DNA of 61,515 nt, filler included. It is 4 parts of 4 records of this genome, joined end to end, with 100 filler letters (N's around TTAATTAATTAA, not from the genome) between each part and the next. Parts side by side here need not be neighbours in the genome. Positions count along the whole stretch, not along the records: positions 1 to 25,735 come from SRR2962707_3236; 3 more parts are not named here. One strand, written 5' to 3'. Positions within the stretch are counted from its first letter, which is position 1. Each line of letters starts with the position of its first letter. The notes below the pieces were generated by a model. The model saw only the letters and a list, made by a program, of their open reading frames with translations, was not told where the DNA came from and searched no databases. The position numbers were made by a program, and so were the translations under genes. Shown here in pieces: positions 11,006 through 20,148 of this stretch.

Positions 11006-12124
11006 TCATCGGCCAATCACCTGGAGTTCCCGCGGCAGGGAGGTCAGAGATTTGGCGCCACTTTCGGTCACCAGAACGTCGTCCTCGATCCGGACGCCGA
11101 GAACGCCGGGTTCGTAAAGTCCCGGTTCGATGGTGATTACCATGCCCTCTTGGAGCGTTTCATGGTTGCCCACCATAAGTTGTGGGGCTTCGTGAATGTC
11201 GAGGCCGAGCCCATGGCCGACCTTGTGTCGAATGTTGGCGCCGTAACCGGCATCGCGCAGCACCGATTGCACAGCGTGGTCGAGATCATGGATGGCAACC
11301 CCTGGCGCGACCATGTCGCGTCCAACGCGATTGGCTTCCAGGACAACCTCGTAAAAGCGCCGATGGGGTTCAGGCACCTCCTTGCAGAAATAGGTCCGGG
11401 TGATATCCGCGCTATATCCGTTCAGCTTGGCGCCGAAGTCGAACAGCAGGGCGTCACCTGGCTTTAATATGCGTTCCGAGGACGGAATTCCGTGGCAATC
11501 GGCGGCCGCGCCGCCGGCCAGAACGATAAGGTCAAAGCCGGGCCCGTCGGCCCCACGTTCAAGCATTTCGACCTGCAAGCGAGCCCGGATTTCGGTTTCG
11601 CTCAACCCGGCGCGCACTTGCGCTAGCGTAGCCACTAGGGCCGCCTCGCTTACATCAATCGCTCGCTGGATCGCCGAGACTTCTTCGGGCTCTTTGATCA
11701 ACCGCAGAGATGCCAGCATCGCGGTGCCATCGCTCACCGCGCTGCCGAAAGCGGTGCTGAGCGCTGCAGCTTCAAATTGGCGCATTCGGTTGCCCTCAAC
11801 GGCCAATTGTTGGCCACCGACTTGTTTGGCAAGCTTTGCAAGAGCATCGGAATATCCGTCGGAATCTTGCCAATAGACCGTCCGCGCGTGTGGCACGTCT
11901 GCCGCCCAGCGATCACGCTCAAGCGCGGGGATAGCTGCGTGTGCATCGCCCTCAGCGGTAACGACAAGGATGGTCGGCCGCTCCATGAGCGCGAGGCTAA
12001 CACCTGTGAGATAGTAAAAATTTGGACCTGGCACAAAGGCGATAGCGGGGCAGTCTGCGGCCTTGAGCAGTTTCGAGAGTTTGGCGATCCGTTGACTCTT
12101 GTCCATAAGCGGAGCGTCTTTCAT
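11006..12124 (-). CDS. M24 family Xaa-Pro peptidase
   Basis: All five metal ligands present: DFGA...ADITRT, HKVGHGLGLDIHE, TIEPG, VRIEDD. Confidence 0.9.
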   Translation of the reverse strand: MKDAPLMDKSQRIAKLSKLLKAADCPAIAFVPGPNFYYLTGVSLALMERPTILVVTAEGDAHAAIPALERDRWAADVPHARTVYWQDSDGYSDALAKLAKQVGGQQLAVEGNRMRQFEAAALSTAFGSAVSDGTAMLASLRLIKEPEEVSAIQRAIDVSEAALVATLAQVRAGLSETEIRARLQVEMLERGADGPGFDLIVLAGGAAADCHGIPSSERILKPGDALLFDFGAKLNGYSADITRTYFCKEVPEPHRRFYEVVLEANRVGRDMVAPGVAIHDLDHAVQSVLRDAGYGANIRHKVGHGLGLDIHEAPQLMVGNHETLQEGMVITIEPGLYEPGVLGVRIEDDVLVTESGAKSLTSLPRELQVIGR

Positions 12125-12870
12125 CTTTTTTGGGTCGCGGCGCGCGAGAGCGGAGAGGTGACCAAGTCCACCTCGTCGGCGATTGAAGGTTCCAGAGAGG
12201 ATTTGATCACGGTCAAGATAGCCGCCAGCATCTCGCCAGCGATCTGATTGCAGGCTCGCGTATCATTGGCCCTTATCGCCCCGATCATGGCGCGATGGTT
12301 CTTGACCTGGTCAGCAAGATCAGCAGCGCTGGTGTAGGGAAAATAATGCAAGAGCAGGGTGCGTCGCCCTGCGTCTAGGCATAGGGGATAATAACGGCCC
12401 AAAAAGAAATTGCGGGCCACTTCACCATAGCCGCGCTGAAGGTGCAGCATGGCTCTTGCGATGCCCAATACATCGCCAGCGTCAATTGCCACCTCGAACT
12501 GCACGACGCGGTCTTCAAGGTCGACCAGATCATCGGGCGTGCGACGATGGGCGGCATCAACGCACACGGCCCGGGTGAGGATCAGCCAGGTATCGAGGAG
12601 ATCATTGAGCCTGTGCATTGTGAGCGGAGCAACGATCGAGGCGCGGTTGGGAAGGACGTGAACCAGGCCTTCTCCGGAAAGCATGAATAGCGCCTCGCGC
12701 ACGGGGGTGCGCGAAAGGTTGAACTCTTTGGCGATTCCCACTTCGTCGAGCCCAGAACCAGGTTCGCGCTGGAGGGTGAAGATCTCCTCGCGCAGGGCCT
12801 GATAGACTGTGGTGGCGCCGCGTTCGCGTCGTACCGCTGCCGATTTTTCCGGCTCATCGATTTCTGACAT
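12121..12870 (-). CDS. GntR (FadR/FCD) family transcriptional regulator
   Basis: wHTH motif FNLSRTPVREAL plus FCD-like C-terminus. Confidence 0.9.
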   Translation of the reverse strand: MSEIDEPEKSAAVRRERGATTVYQALREEIFTLQREPGSGLDEVGIAKEFNLSRTPVREALFMLSGEGLVHVLPNRASIVAPLTMHRLNDLLDTWLILTRAVCVDAAHRRTPDDLVDLEDRVVQFEVAIDAGDVLGIARAMLHLQRGYGEVARNFFLGRYYPLCLDAGRRTLLLHYFPYTSAADLADQVKNHRAMIGAIRANDTRACNQIAGEMLAAILTVIKSSLEPSIADEVDLVTSPLSRAATQKR

Positions 12871-12916
12871 TCGGGCCGATCCTCTCCCCTGGCACTTCTT
12901 CTACTCAAGAACGCTA

Positions 12917-12954
12917 GCATAAAGTTTGCATTATTGTCTTGCATAAAGTTTGCA
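12917..12954. promoter_or_regulatory. Candidate operator in the divergent promoter
   Basis: Exact 14-bp direct repeat GCATAAAGTTTGCA at 12917-12930 and 12941-12954. Confidence 0.6.
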
Positions 12955-13103
12955 CGCAACCTAGCATCTTGGCAATGAGAGTGCGGACGACCCCTTTGAG
13001 CCGGGCGTTTCCGCAGCGTGCACGCTGTTGCCAGCGCGCCAGAATCTGGAGATTTGACCCCGGTCAACCGGGGCATGGGATCATCAAAGGAGAGGTTGGC
13101 AGG

Positions 13104-15134
13104 ATGACTTCAACCGGATACCGCGTCTCGGCCGATATCGGCGGGACCTTTACCGATATCGTATTTCAAAACACCCAGACCGGGGCTGTGCGGGCGCTTA
13201 AGGTTCTCTCGACCCCGCAAAACCCGGCACTTGCTGTGCTTGATGGGGTGAAGAAGGGGTTGGGCGAGGGTGAGCACATCGATTTTTTCGTGCACGGCAC
13301 GACAGTGGGCCTCAATTCGGTCCTGACGCGAAAGGGCGCCAAGGTGGCGCTGGTTACGACCGAGAACTTTCGCGATGTCTACACCATTCAGGGCAATGAC
13401 CGAGGCGAAATCTTTTCGATCCGGTGGCGCAAGCCGGAGCCCTTGGTTTCGGTAGAAGACACTTTTACTGTGCGCGAGCGGATTGCGGCTGACGGAACGG
13501 TGGAAACACCGATTGTTCTTGAAGAACTCAATGCTGTTGTCCGCGCGGTGAGCGAAAGCAGCTATGATGCCATCGCCATCTGTTTTCTTTTTGGCTTCCG
13601 CAATCCTGAACATGAGCTTGCTGCTGAAGCGTATCTGCGCGAGCGGTTGCCTGATATCGATATAGCGCTCTCGCATCGGGTGTCCCCGGAATGGCGAGAG
13701 TTCAACCGGATATCGACCACCGTGATGGACGCCTTCACCGCACCGGTGGTGCGCCGCTATCTTTCAACATTGGTCGAGCAGATGGCTGATACGCTGCCTG
13801 AAGGCGGGCGGGTTCATGTCATGGAATCCAATGGCGGCGCTATGACCGCTGACGCTGCGGCCAGTAGTCCGCTTCAGACATTGCTGTCGGGTCCAGTGGG
13901 GGGCACGATCGGGGGTAGGTCGCTGGCCGAACAGACCGGGCGAGCCAATCTGATTTGCGTTGATATGGGTGGCACCTCGTTTGATGCCAGTTTGATTGTC
14001 GATGGGCTGCCCTCGATCTCCAACGAGACCACGCTGGAGGGCTTACCGGTCCAAATGTCGGTAGTGGACATCCATGTGATTGGTGCTGGTGGCGGCTCGA
14101 TCGCGTGGGAGGAGGCAAATGCGCTGCGTGTGGGGCCGCAATCGGCTGGGTCTGTCCCTGGCCCAGCGTGCTATGGCCGTGGGGGTGTGGAACCCACGGT
14201 GTCGGATGCAAATTTGGTGCTCAAACGCCTTGATAGCTCGAACTTTTCCGGCGGAGAGATGACACTTGATGCTCAAGCGGCGGAAACAGCAGTCAGATCT
14301 TTAGGTGACCCGTTTGGACTCGAACCGGCAGCATTTGCTCAAGGCATTATCGACATCATCAACGCAAAGATGGCTGATGCCATCCGCACCATCACCGTGC
14401 AACGAGGGATCGATCCGCGAGACTTTGCTCTCCTTGCCTATGGTGGCGCTGGGCCAAGCCAGGCTGCTGCTCTCGCCGAACAGCTCGACATCGGGGAAGT
14501 GATAATTCCGGTCCATCCGGGTGCATTTTCCGCATTCGGGATGCTCCAGACCGATATGCGCCACGACTTTAAGATGACCTGGTATGGCGATTGGAGTGCA
14601 GCGTCGCCGCCAGAATTGACACAGGCTTTTGAAGGGTTGGAGGACCAGGGCCGTGAGCATCTCAAGCATGAGGGCATGGATGAGACCGACATCAGTTTTG
14701 AGCGTTCCGTCGATCTTCGCTATGAGGGCCAGGAATATGTGCTGACCATACCGGCAGGCACGGGCAGGGTTGACCTCAAGGCGGTGCGCGACCGATTTGA
14801 TGCCGCCTATCAGGCACAATACGGCCATTCGAGCGCGACCGCCGGCGTTGAAGTGGCCAACTTGCGCGTTGCAGCGCTAGGGCGTTTGCGGCGTCCGGGG
14901 CTACCCAGTCCCAAAGACCGCGAAAGCCACGATATTCGCACCCGTAAGGTCTATTTCGACGGCGCCGAACACGACACCAACGTCGTGCGGCGCGAGGCTT
15001 ATGCGCTCGGTGACACTCTCATCGGGCCCGCGATTATCGAAGAAGAAACGACGACCACTCTGGTTCCGCCAGGCTGGCGGGTCGAGGTGATCACCGGTGG
15101 TCATCTGTCCATGACCAAGATCGATGGGGAGTGA
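13104..15134 (+). CDS. Second hydantoinase A/oxoprolinase family protein
   Basis: DIGGTFTD, HGTTVGLN, LSGPVGG, DMGGTSFD, YGGAGP; start at ATG 13104 after AGGAGAGG. Confidence 0.92.
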   Translation: MTSTGYRVSADIGGTFTDIVFQNTQTGAVRALKVLSTPQNPALAVLDGVKKGLGEGEHIDFFVHGTTVGLNSVLTRKGAKVALVTTENFRDVYTIQGNDRGEIFSIRWRKPEPLVSVEDTFTVRERIAADGTVETPIVLEELNAVVRAVSESSYDAIAICFLFGFRNPEHELAAEAYLRERLPDIDIALSHRVSPEWREFNRISTTVMDAFTAPVVRRYLSTLVEQMADTLPEGGRVHVMESNGGAMTADAAASSPLQTLLSGPVGGTIGGRSLAEQTGRANLICVDMGGTSFDASLIVDGLPSISNETTLEGLPVQMSVVDIHVIGAGGGSIAWEEANALRVGPQSAGSVPGPACYGRGGVEPTVSDANLVLKRLDSSNFSGGEMTLDAQAAETAVRSLGDPFGLEPAAFAQGIIDIINAKMADAIRTITVQRGIDPRDFALLAYGGAGPSQAAALAEQLDIGEVIIPVHPGAFSAFGMLQTDMRHDFKMTWYGDWSAASPPELTQAFEGLEDQGREHLKHEGMDETDISFERSVDLRYEGQEYVLTIPAGTGRVDLKAVRDRFDAAYQAQYGHSSATAGVEVANLRVAALGRLRRPGLPSPKDRESHDIRTRKVYFDGAEHDTNVVRREAYALGDTLIGPAIIEEETTTTLVPPGWRVEVITGGHLSMTKIDGE

Positions 15135-15139
15135 GGGGA

Positions 15140-16849
15140 ATGACGATGAAAAGTGACCCGATTACGACCGAAGTTGTCCGCAATTTTGTTATCTCCTGCG
15201 CCCAGGACATGAATGCTGCGCTTTGGCGCTCGGCCTACTCCCCAGTCATTTACGAGGGCCGCGACAGCGCTGTGGCCATTCTTGACGCGGAAGGAAATAT
15301 GCTGGGCCAATCGACTGGTGTTCCGCTCTTTGTGGGGGCCATTGATGCGTGTGTGCATCTGGTGATCGACAAGTATGGCGATGACATTGGCCCTGGCGAC
15401 ATCTTCTTGATGAACGACAGCTACCTTCAGGGCACGCACCTCAATGACTTTACGGCTGTGGGACCACTGTTTCATGAGGGTGTTCTGGTTGGGTTTGGCG
15501 CAGCCCGGGCGCATTGGTCCGATGTGGGGGCGATGGATCCCGGCATGCCCATGGGGTCGAGCTCGATCTTTCAGGAAGGCTGGCGTCTTGGCCCTACCCG
15601 GGTCGTCAAAGGCGGCGAGGAGCTTGAGGACTGGATCGATCTTATTCAGCGCAACACCCGTATGCGGTCTGCAATTCTGGGCGATTTCCGGGCTCAGGTC
15701 AGCTCGATCCGAACCGGGGAGCGTCGGCTGGGCCAATTGCTGGACCGGATTGGCCGAGACACCTACAGGGCGAGCTGCCTCAACATCTTTGAGCAGTCGC
15801 GCGCCCTGGACCGGGCTGCGATAGCGGCTCTGGCCGACGGGACCTGGTCACGCGAAGGATATCTCGACAACGATGGGCAGTCCGACGACCCGGTGAAGGT
15901 TCGTCTCAAGCTCACGATCGAGGGCGAGAACATGCTTATTGACCTTGAGGGGTCTTCTCCTCCGGTTGCGGGCTCGATCAATTGCGGGGCCGTGCAGACG
16001 CAATCGCTTTTGCGTCTTGCATATAAGACAATGATTAGTCCTGATCGCGCGATCACCGGTGGCTCGTTCTCAACGATGAGCGTCAATATTCCCGATGATT
16101 GCATGTTCAATGCAAGAGAGCCCTATGCGTGTACGTGGTATTTCACCGGGCTGGGGTTGTTGGCTGACCTTATGATCGCGTGTCTATCCGAGGCTATGCC
16201 GGAACAGGCGACGGCGGCTCATTATGGAGATTCCATGGTGGCCTCCTTTTTCGGCATTGATCCGCGCAAGAAACAATGGCTTTCGGTGGAAGCGACCGCG
16301 GGCGGCTGGGGTGGCTCGAATGGATCAGACGGGGAAAGCGCGCTCATCAATTTGGTCAATGGCGGATTTCGCAATCTATCTGCCGAGGTTTATGAGACCA
16401 AGTTCCCAGTCCGAATCGAAGAGTTTTCCATCCGTCCTGATACAGGCGGAGCAGGCCGCTGGCGGGGTGGAAATGGCGTTGTTCGCAGCTATCGCATGAT
16501 GGAAGACGCCGGCGGGGCTCTGTGGTTTGAGCGCAGCAAAACCCCCGCATGGGGTCTTAAAGGGGGTAAGGATGCTAAGGGGCCAGAAAATACCCTGATC
16601 TTGCCTGACGGCACCCAAGAGACGCCGCTCAAGATGCGAGCGCGTGTGCTGCCAAAGGGCACTCTTGTCATCACCCGTACTGGCGGCGGGGGCGGCTTTG
16701 GAAATCCGCTTGAGCGCCCATTTGCGGAAATTCAGCGCGATCTCGATCGGGGCTACCTATCGGCACAAGCAGCTGAAAGCGACTATGGGGTCGTTGTAGT
16801 GGACGGTCGGATAGATGAGACGGCCAGCACGGCGCGCGCCACCCAGTAG
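15140..16849 (+). CDS. Second hydantoinase B/oxoprolinase family protein
   Basis: DPITTEVV, NDSYLQGTHLND, AHWSDVG, SIFQEG, TGGGGGFG; start 15140 or 15146. Confidence 0.92.
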   Translation: MTMKSDPITTEVVRNFVISCAQDMNAALWRSAYSPVIYEGRDSAVAILDAEGNMLGQSTGVPLFVGAIDACVHLVIDKYGDDIGPGDIFLMNDSYLQGTHLNDFTAVGPLFHEGVLVGFGAARAHWSDVGAMDPGMPMGSSSIFQEGWRLGPTRVVKGGEELEDWIDLIQRNTRMRSAILGDFRAQVSSIRTGERRLGQLLDRIGRDTYRASCLNIFEQSRALDRAAIAALADGTWSREGYLDNDGQSDDPVKVRLKLTIEGENMLIDLEGSSPPVAGSINCGAVQTQSLLRLAYKTMISPDRAITGGSFSTMSVNIPDDCMFNAREPYACTWYFTGLGLLADLMIACLSEAMPEQATAAHYGDSMVASFFGIDPRKKQWLSVEATAGGWGGSNGSDGESALINLVNGGFRNLSAEVYETKFPVRIEEFSIRPDTGGAGRWRGGNGVVRSYRMMEDAGGALWFERSKTPAWGLKGGKDAKGPENTLILPDGTQETPLKMRARVLPKGTLVITRTGGGGGFGNPLERPFAEIQRDLDRGYLSAQAAESDYGVVVVDGRIDETASTARATQ

Positions 16850-16904
16850 AATGAGCGCGGGGCAGGGATTGCCCCGCCTTCTTCCAGCAACAAGGAGAAG
16901 GATC

Positions 16905-17414
16905 ATGCCCGAGACAGCCCAACGAGCGCAGGATTTGAACGCCCGTGTTTCCGAGGCACTTGCTCAAGATGGCGTCACCCCGGCCGATATTTTGGGACTG
17001 GTTTCGAACCGGCTTCGTAAAGACTGGGGGATCAAACTGGTGACGGTGACCCAACGCGACATTGCAGACGGCTCATTTCTGCGGCTGTATTCTTCAATGC
17101 CCGACGCCTACGCTGCGGCGGGGCGAAAGCCGCCCAACGATACGCCATGGAGCGAGCACGTCATCGAACAGAAGCAGACCTTCGTTGCCAATGATTATTC
17201 CGAGCTTGCGGCGGTGATGTTTGATCACGAGCTGATCCGGTCGCTCGGATGTGAATCAATTGTCAATGTTCCAATCGTTGTGAAAGGGGCGGTTATCGGC
17301 ACTCTCAATTGCTTGTCGGGACCCGGGCATTTCGATCGACGGGCCATAGAGGCCTGCGAGGGAATGTGCCACATCGTGGCCCTGGCGCTTCTGCTCTACG
17401 AGACGGCACGATAG
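16905..17414 (+). CDS. Second stand-alone GAF-domain protein
   Basis: LGCESIVNVPIVVKGAVIGTLNCL; RBS AAGGAG before ATG 16905; evident paralogue of 9080-9664. Confidence 0.75.
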   Translation: MPETAQRAQDLNARVSEALAQDGVTPADILGLVSNRLRKDWGIKLVTVTQRDIADGSFLRLYSSMPDAYAAAGRKPPNDTPWSEHVIEQKQTFVANDYSELAAVMFDHELIRSLGCESIVNVPIVVKGAVIGTLNCLSGPGHFDRRAIEACEGMCHIVALALLLYETAR

Positions 17415-17732
17415 GTGTCGAGGCTGGACGCGACTGTGCGTCGTGTGAAAGTTCGGTTGCACATTCGCATATGAGGAGGAGTCCTTCAAAACACTCGCTC
17501 ACGATCCTCCAAGGCCGACGGCCCCGACCTCAGCGATGCCAGCAAATGCGGCCGCAAGATCATCGGCAAGCATCGGGATAGCCTTCAAGCTGCAGCGCAG
17601 GGGGTCGGATGCCAAATATCATCGTTCTCTTGCCAGAACCGACAGGCAGCAAACGGCCCCGAATTGATTTAAAACGATGTTATTGCACCTTTGCTGCTTG
17701 GCACGGCTAAACAGCATGGTACCGTTCTATTC

Positions 17733-18431
17733 CTACTCGAACAAATCCAGGTTCTCCGACTCAATCTGGGGCAGGTCGGAAATGATGCCTTCGAGGTGGG
17801 CTTTCATTGCGCGCTCGGCCCGGTCGGCGTCGTGAGCGTCCACCGCTTCCATGATGGCGTGATGTTCACCGATCAGGGCGCCCATGGAATCGGGCTTGCG
17901 CAACTGCAGATTGCACACCCTGTCGATATGGGCCTTGATGTCTGCGATCACGTTCCAGGCCATCGCGCAGCCGGCCCCGCTGGCCAACGCCATGTGGAAC
18001 TGCTCGTCCTCGCGGCGAAAACGATTATAGTCTTGCGCCTCGCGAGCCGCCGCCTGTCGTTTCAATATCCCATCGACCGCTGTGCGGCTCCATGGATCGA
18101 ACGTGGCGCAGGCGCGCCTGACCACTGCTGTTTCGATCGCCTCGCGGACGAAACGGGCTTCCATCATCTCCCTCGCCGAAATCTTGACGACATATGTGCC
18201 GCGTTTGGAGCGCACCTCGACGAGTTTGGATTTCCCCAGCGCGATCAGGGCCTCACGCACGGGCTGGCGTGACACCCCGAGGCGGTCGGCAATGTCTTGC
18301 TCCGACAGTCTCGTCCCCGGTCGCAACTCGAGCCGAATAATAGCTTCGCGCAGGTCCCGCTCAACCTGCGAGGCCGTGCTGGACCCGCTATCGGCCCATT
18401 TTTTCTCAATCTTCAGCGATTCGATGTTCAT
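17733..18431 (-). CDS. GntR (FCD) family transcriptional regulator
   Basis: LGVSRQPVREAL wHTH; DEQFH...EH...H FCD motifs. Confidence 0.9.
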   Translation of the reverse strand: MNIESLKIEKKWADSGSSTASQVERDLREAIIRLELRPGTRLSEQDIADRLGVSRQPVREALIALGKSKLVEVRSKRGTYVVKISAREMMEARFVREAIETAVVRRACATFDPWSRTAVDGILKRQAAAREAQDYNRFRREDEQFHMALASGAGCAMAWNVIADIKAHIDRVCNLQLRKPDSMGALIGEHHAIMEAVDAHDADRAERAMKAHLEGIISDLPQIESENLDLFE

Positions 18432-18436
18432 GCGCC

Positions 18437-18483
18437 TACCATACTCGTTGACAACTAGAATGTACTACCATACGGTACCATAC
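18437..18483 (+). promoter_or_regulatory. Sigma70-like promoter overlapped by three TACCATAC repeats (candidate GntR operator)
   Basis: TTGACA(18448)-17 bp-TACGGT(18471); TACCATAC at 18437, 18466, 18476. Confidence 0.55.
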
Positions 18484-18542
18484 AACAAGGAAAATGACAC
18501 CAAGGCTACAGAGACGAGGAGGATGGCGAGAGCCTTTTGCCC

Positions 18543-20063
18543 ATGAGCCACATGCAGAGCTACATCCAACCTGATCTTTCCGACGCCCGCCTCGCCACAG
18601 CGCGCCGCTACCAGATGCTCATCGGCGGCAAGTCGGTCGATGCGCAGTCGGGCAAGGTGATCGAGCGCCAGAGCCCCGGCCACGTCGGCAAGACGGTGGG
18701 CGTTTGGCCAGAGGCGTCGGCCGAGGACGTCAAGCTCGCCGTCGGGGCAGCTCGAGAGGCGTTTGACACAGGGCCATGGCCGCGCATGTCGGGCGCCGAG
18801 CGCTCCACCATAATGTTGCACATTGCGCAGAAGATCGTCGATCACGCCGATGAACTAGCACTCGCCGAGTGCCTCGAAGTTGGGAAGCCCATTTCCCAGG
18901 CCAAGGGCGAAATCCTCTATTGCGCCGATTTGTGGACCTACGCCGCCGGTCAGGCCCGGGCGCTTGAGGGTCAAAGCCACAACAATATCGGCGATGACCG
19001 TCTCGGCCTTGTTCTGCGCGAGCCCGTCGGGGTCGTGGGCATCATTACGCCGTGGAATTTCCCCTTCATAATCGCATCCGAGCGCGTGCCCTGGTCCATT
19101 GGGGCGGGCTGCACGGTGGTACTCAAACCGTCCGAGCTCACTTCGGGCACCTCGATCATGATGGCCGAGATCGCCCGCAAAGCCGGGCTGCCCGATGGCG
19201 TGTTCAACGTTGTCACCGGCTATGGCGATCCTGCTGGCCAGACGTTGGCCGAAGATCCGCGCACAGATATGGTCGCGTTCACAGGTTCGGTGCGCGTCGG
19301 CACTAGGCTGGCCGAAATCGCCGCCCGTCAGGTCAAGCGCGTCGGGCTCGAACTGGGCGGCAAGGGCCCCCAGATCGTTTTCGCCGATGCTGATCTCGAC
19401 GCCGCCGCCGACGGTATCGCCTATGGCGTCTATCACAACGCTGGTCAGTGCTGCATTTCAGGTAGCCGCCTTCTTGTGCATGAGGACATCCGCGACGACC
19501 TGCTGGCTCGGGTTCTCGATATTTCCCGGCGTGTGCCATTCGGTGATCCGCTCAACGAGCGCACGAAAATCGGCGCCATGATCTCGCGCCAGCATCTCGA
19601 AAAGGTCGATGGCTACGTCAAAGCCGGACGCGCCGATGGCGCCGAAGTGCTGATCGGGGGCGCCGCCGAAGCCGAGCACGGCCTCTTCTTCCAGCCCACC
19701 GTCTTTCAGGGCGTCAGGCCGGAAATGGCGATTGCCCGCGAGGAGATTTTCGGCCCCGTGCTTTCGACCATCGGCTTTAGGACAGCCGAACAGGCTGTGG
19801 CGCTGGCCAATGACAGCGAGTACGGGCTTTCGGCCAGCGTCTGGTCCACCAATCTCGAAAACGCCATGCAGACCATCCGTCGCATCAAGGCGGGACGGTG
19901 CTGGATCAACTCGGTCATCGATGGCACTGCCGAGTTGCCGATCGGCGGCTACAAGAAAAGCGGGCTGGGGCGGGAGCTCGGCCGCTACGGCTTCGACGAG
20001 TATTCGCAATTCAAAGGCGTCCACGTCACTTTCGGCAAGCCGCCCGCCTGGTTCGGCGGCTGA
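18543..20063 (+). CDS. NAD(P)-dependent aldehyde dehydrogenase, L-sorbosone dehydrogenase-like subfamily
   Basis: ITPWNFP, FTGS, LELGGK, GQCC, EEIFGPV; GKPISQAKGEI, HNNIG and ERVP recall SNDH-type enzymes. Confidence 0.85.
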   Translation: MSHMQSYIQPDLSDARLATARRYQMLIGGKSVDAQSGKVIERQSPGHVGKTVGVWPEASAEDVKLAVGAAREAFDTGPWPRMSGAERSTIMLHIAQKIVDHADELALAECLEVGKPISQAKGEILYCADLWTYAAGQARALEGQSHNNIGDDRLGLVLREPVGVVGIITPWNFPFIIASERVPWSIGAGCTVVLKPSELTSGTSIMMAEIARKAGLPDGVFNVVTGYGDPAGQTLAEDPRTDMVAFTGSVRVGTRLAEIAARQVKRVGLELGGKGPQIVFADADLDAAADGIAYGVYHNAGQCCISGSRLLVHEDIRDDLLARVLDISRRVPFGDPLNERTKIGAMISRQHLEKVDGYVKAGRADGAEVLIGGAAEAEHGLFFQPTVFQGVRPEMAIAREEIFGPVLSTIGFRTAEQAVALANDSEYGLSASVWSTNLENAMQTIRRIKAGRCWINSVIDGTAELPIGGYKKSGLGRELGRYGFDEYSQFKGVHVTFGKPPAWFGG

Positions 20064-20148
20064 GCCAAAGCTTGGGAGGGGCTTTGGCGGTACGTGGAGA
20101 CACCGCCGGGGCCGCAAAAGTTTGTTTGACACCTAGGGAGGAACTCAC

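Noticed and set aside
11006-12124. Ectoine hydrolase (EutD/DoeA) or creatinase
   Set aside because: Retains all five M24 metal ligands typical of prolidases, and no other ectoine genes are present
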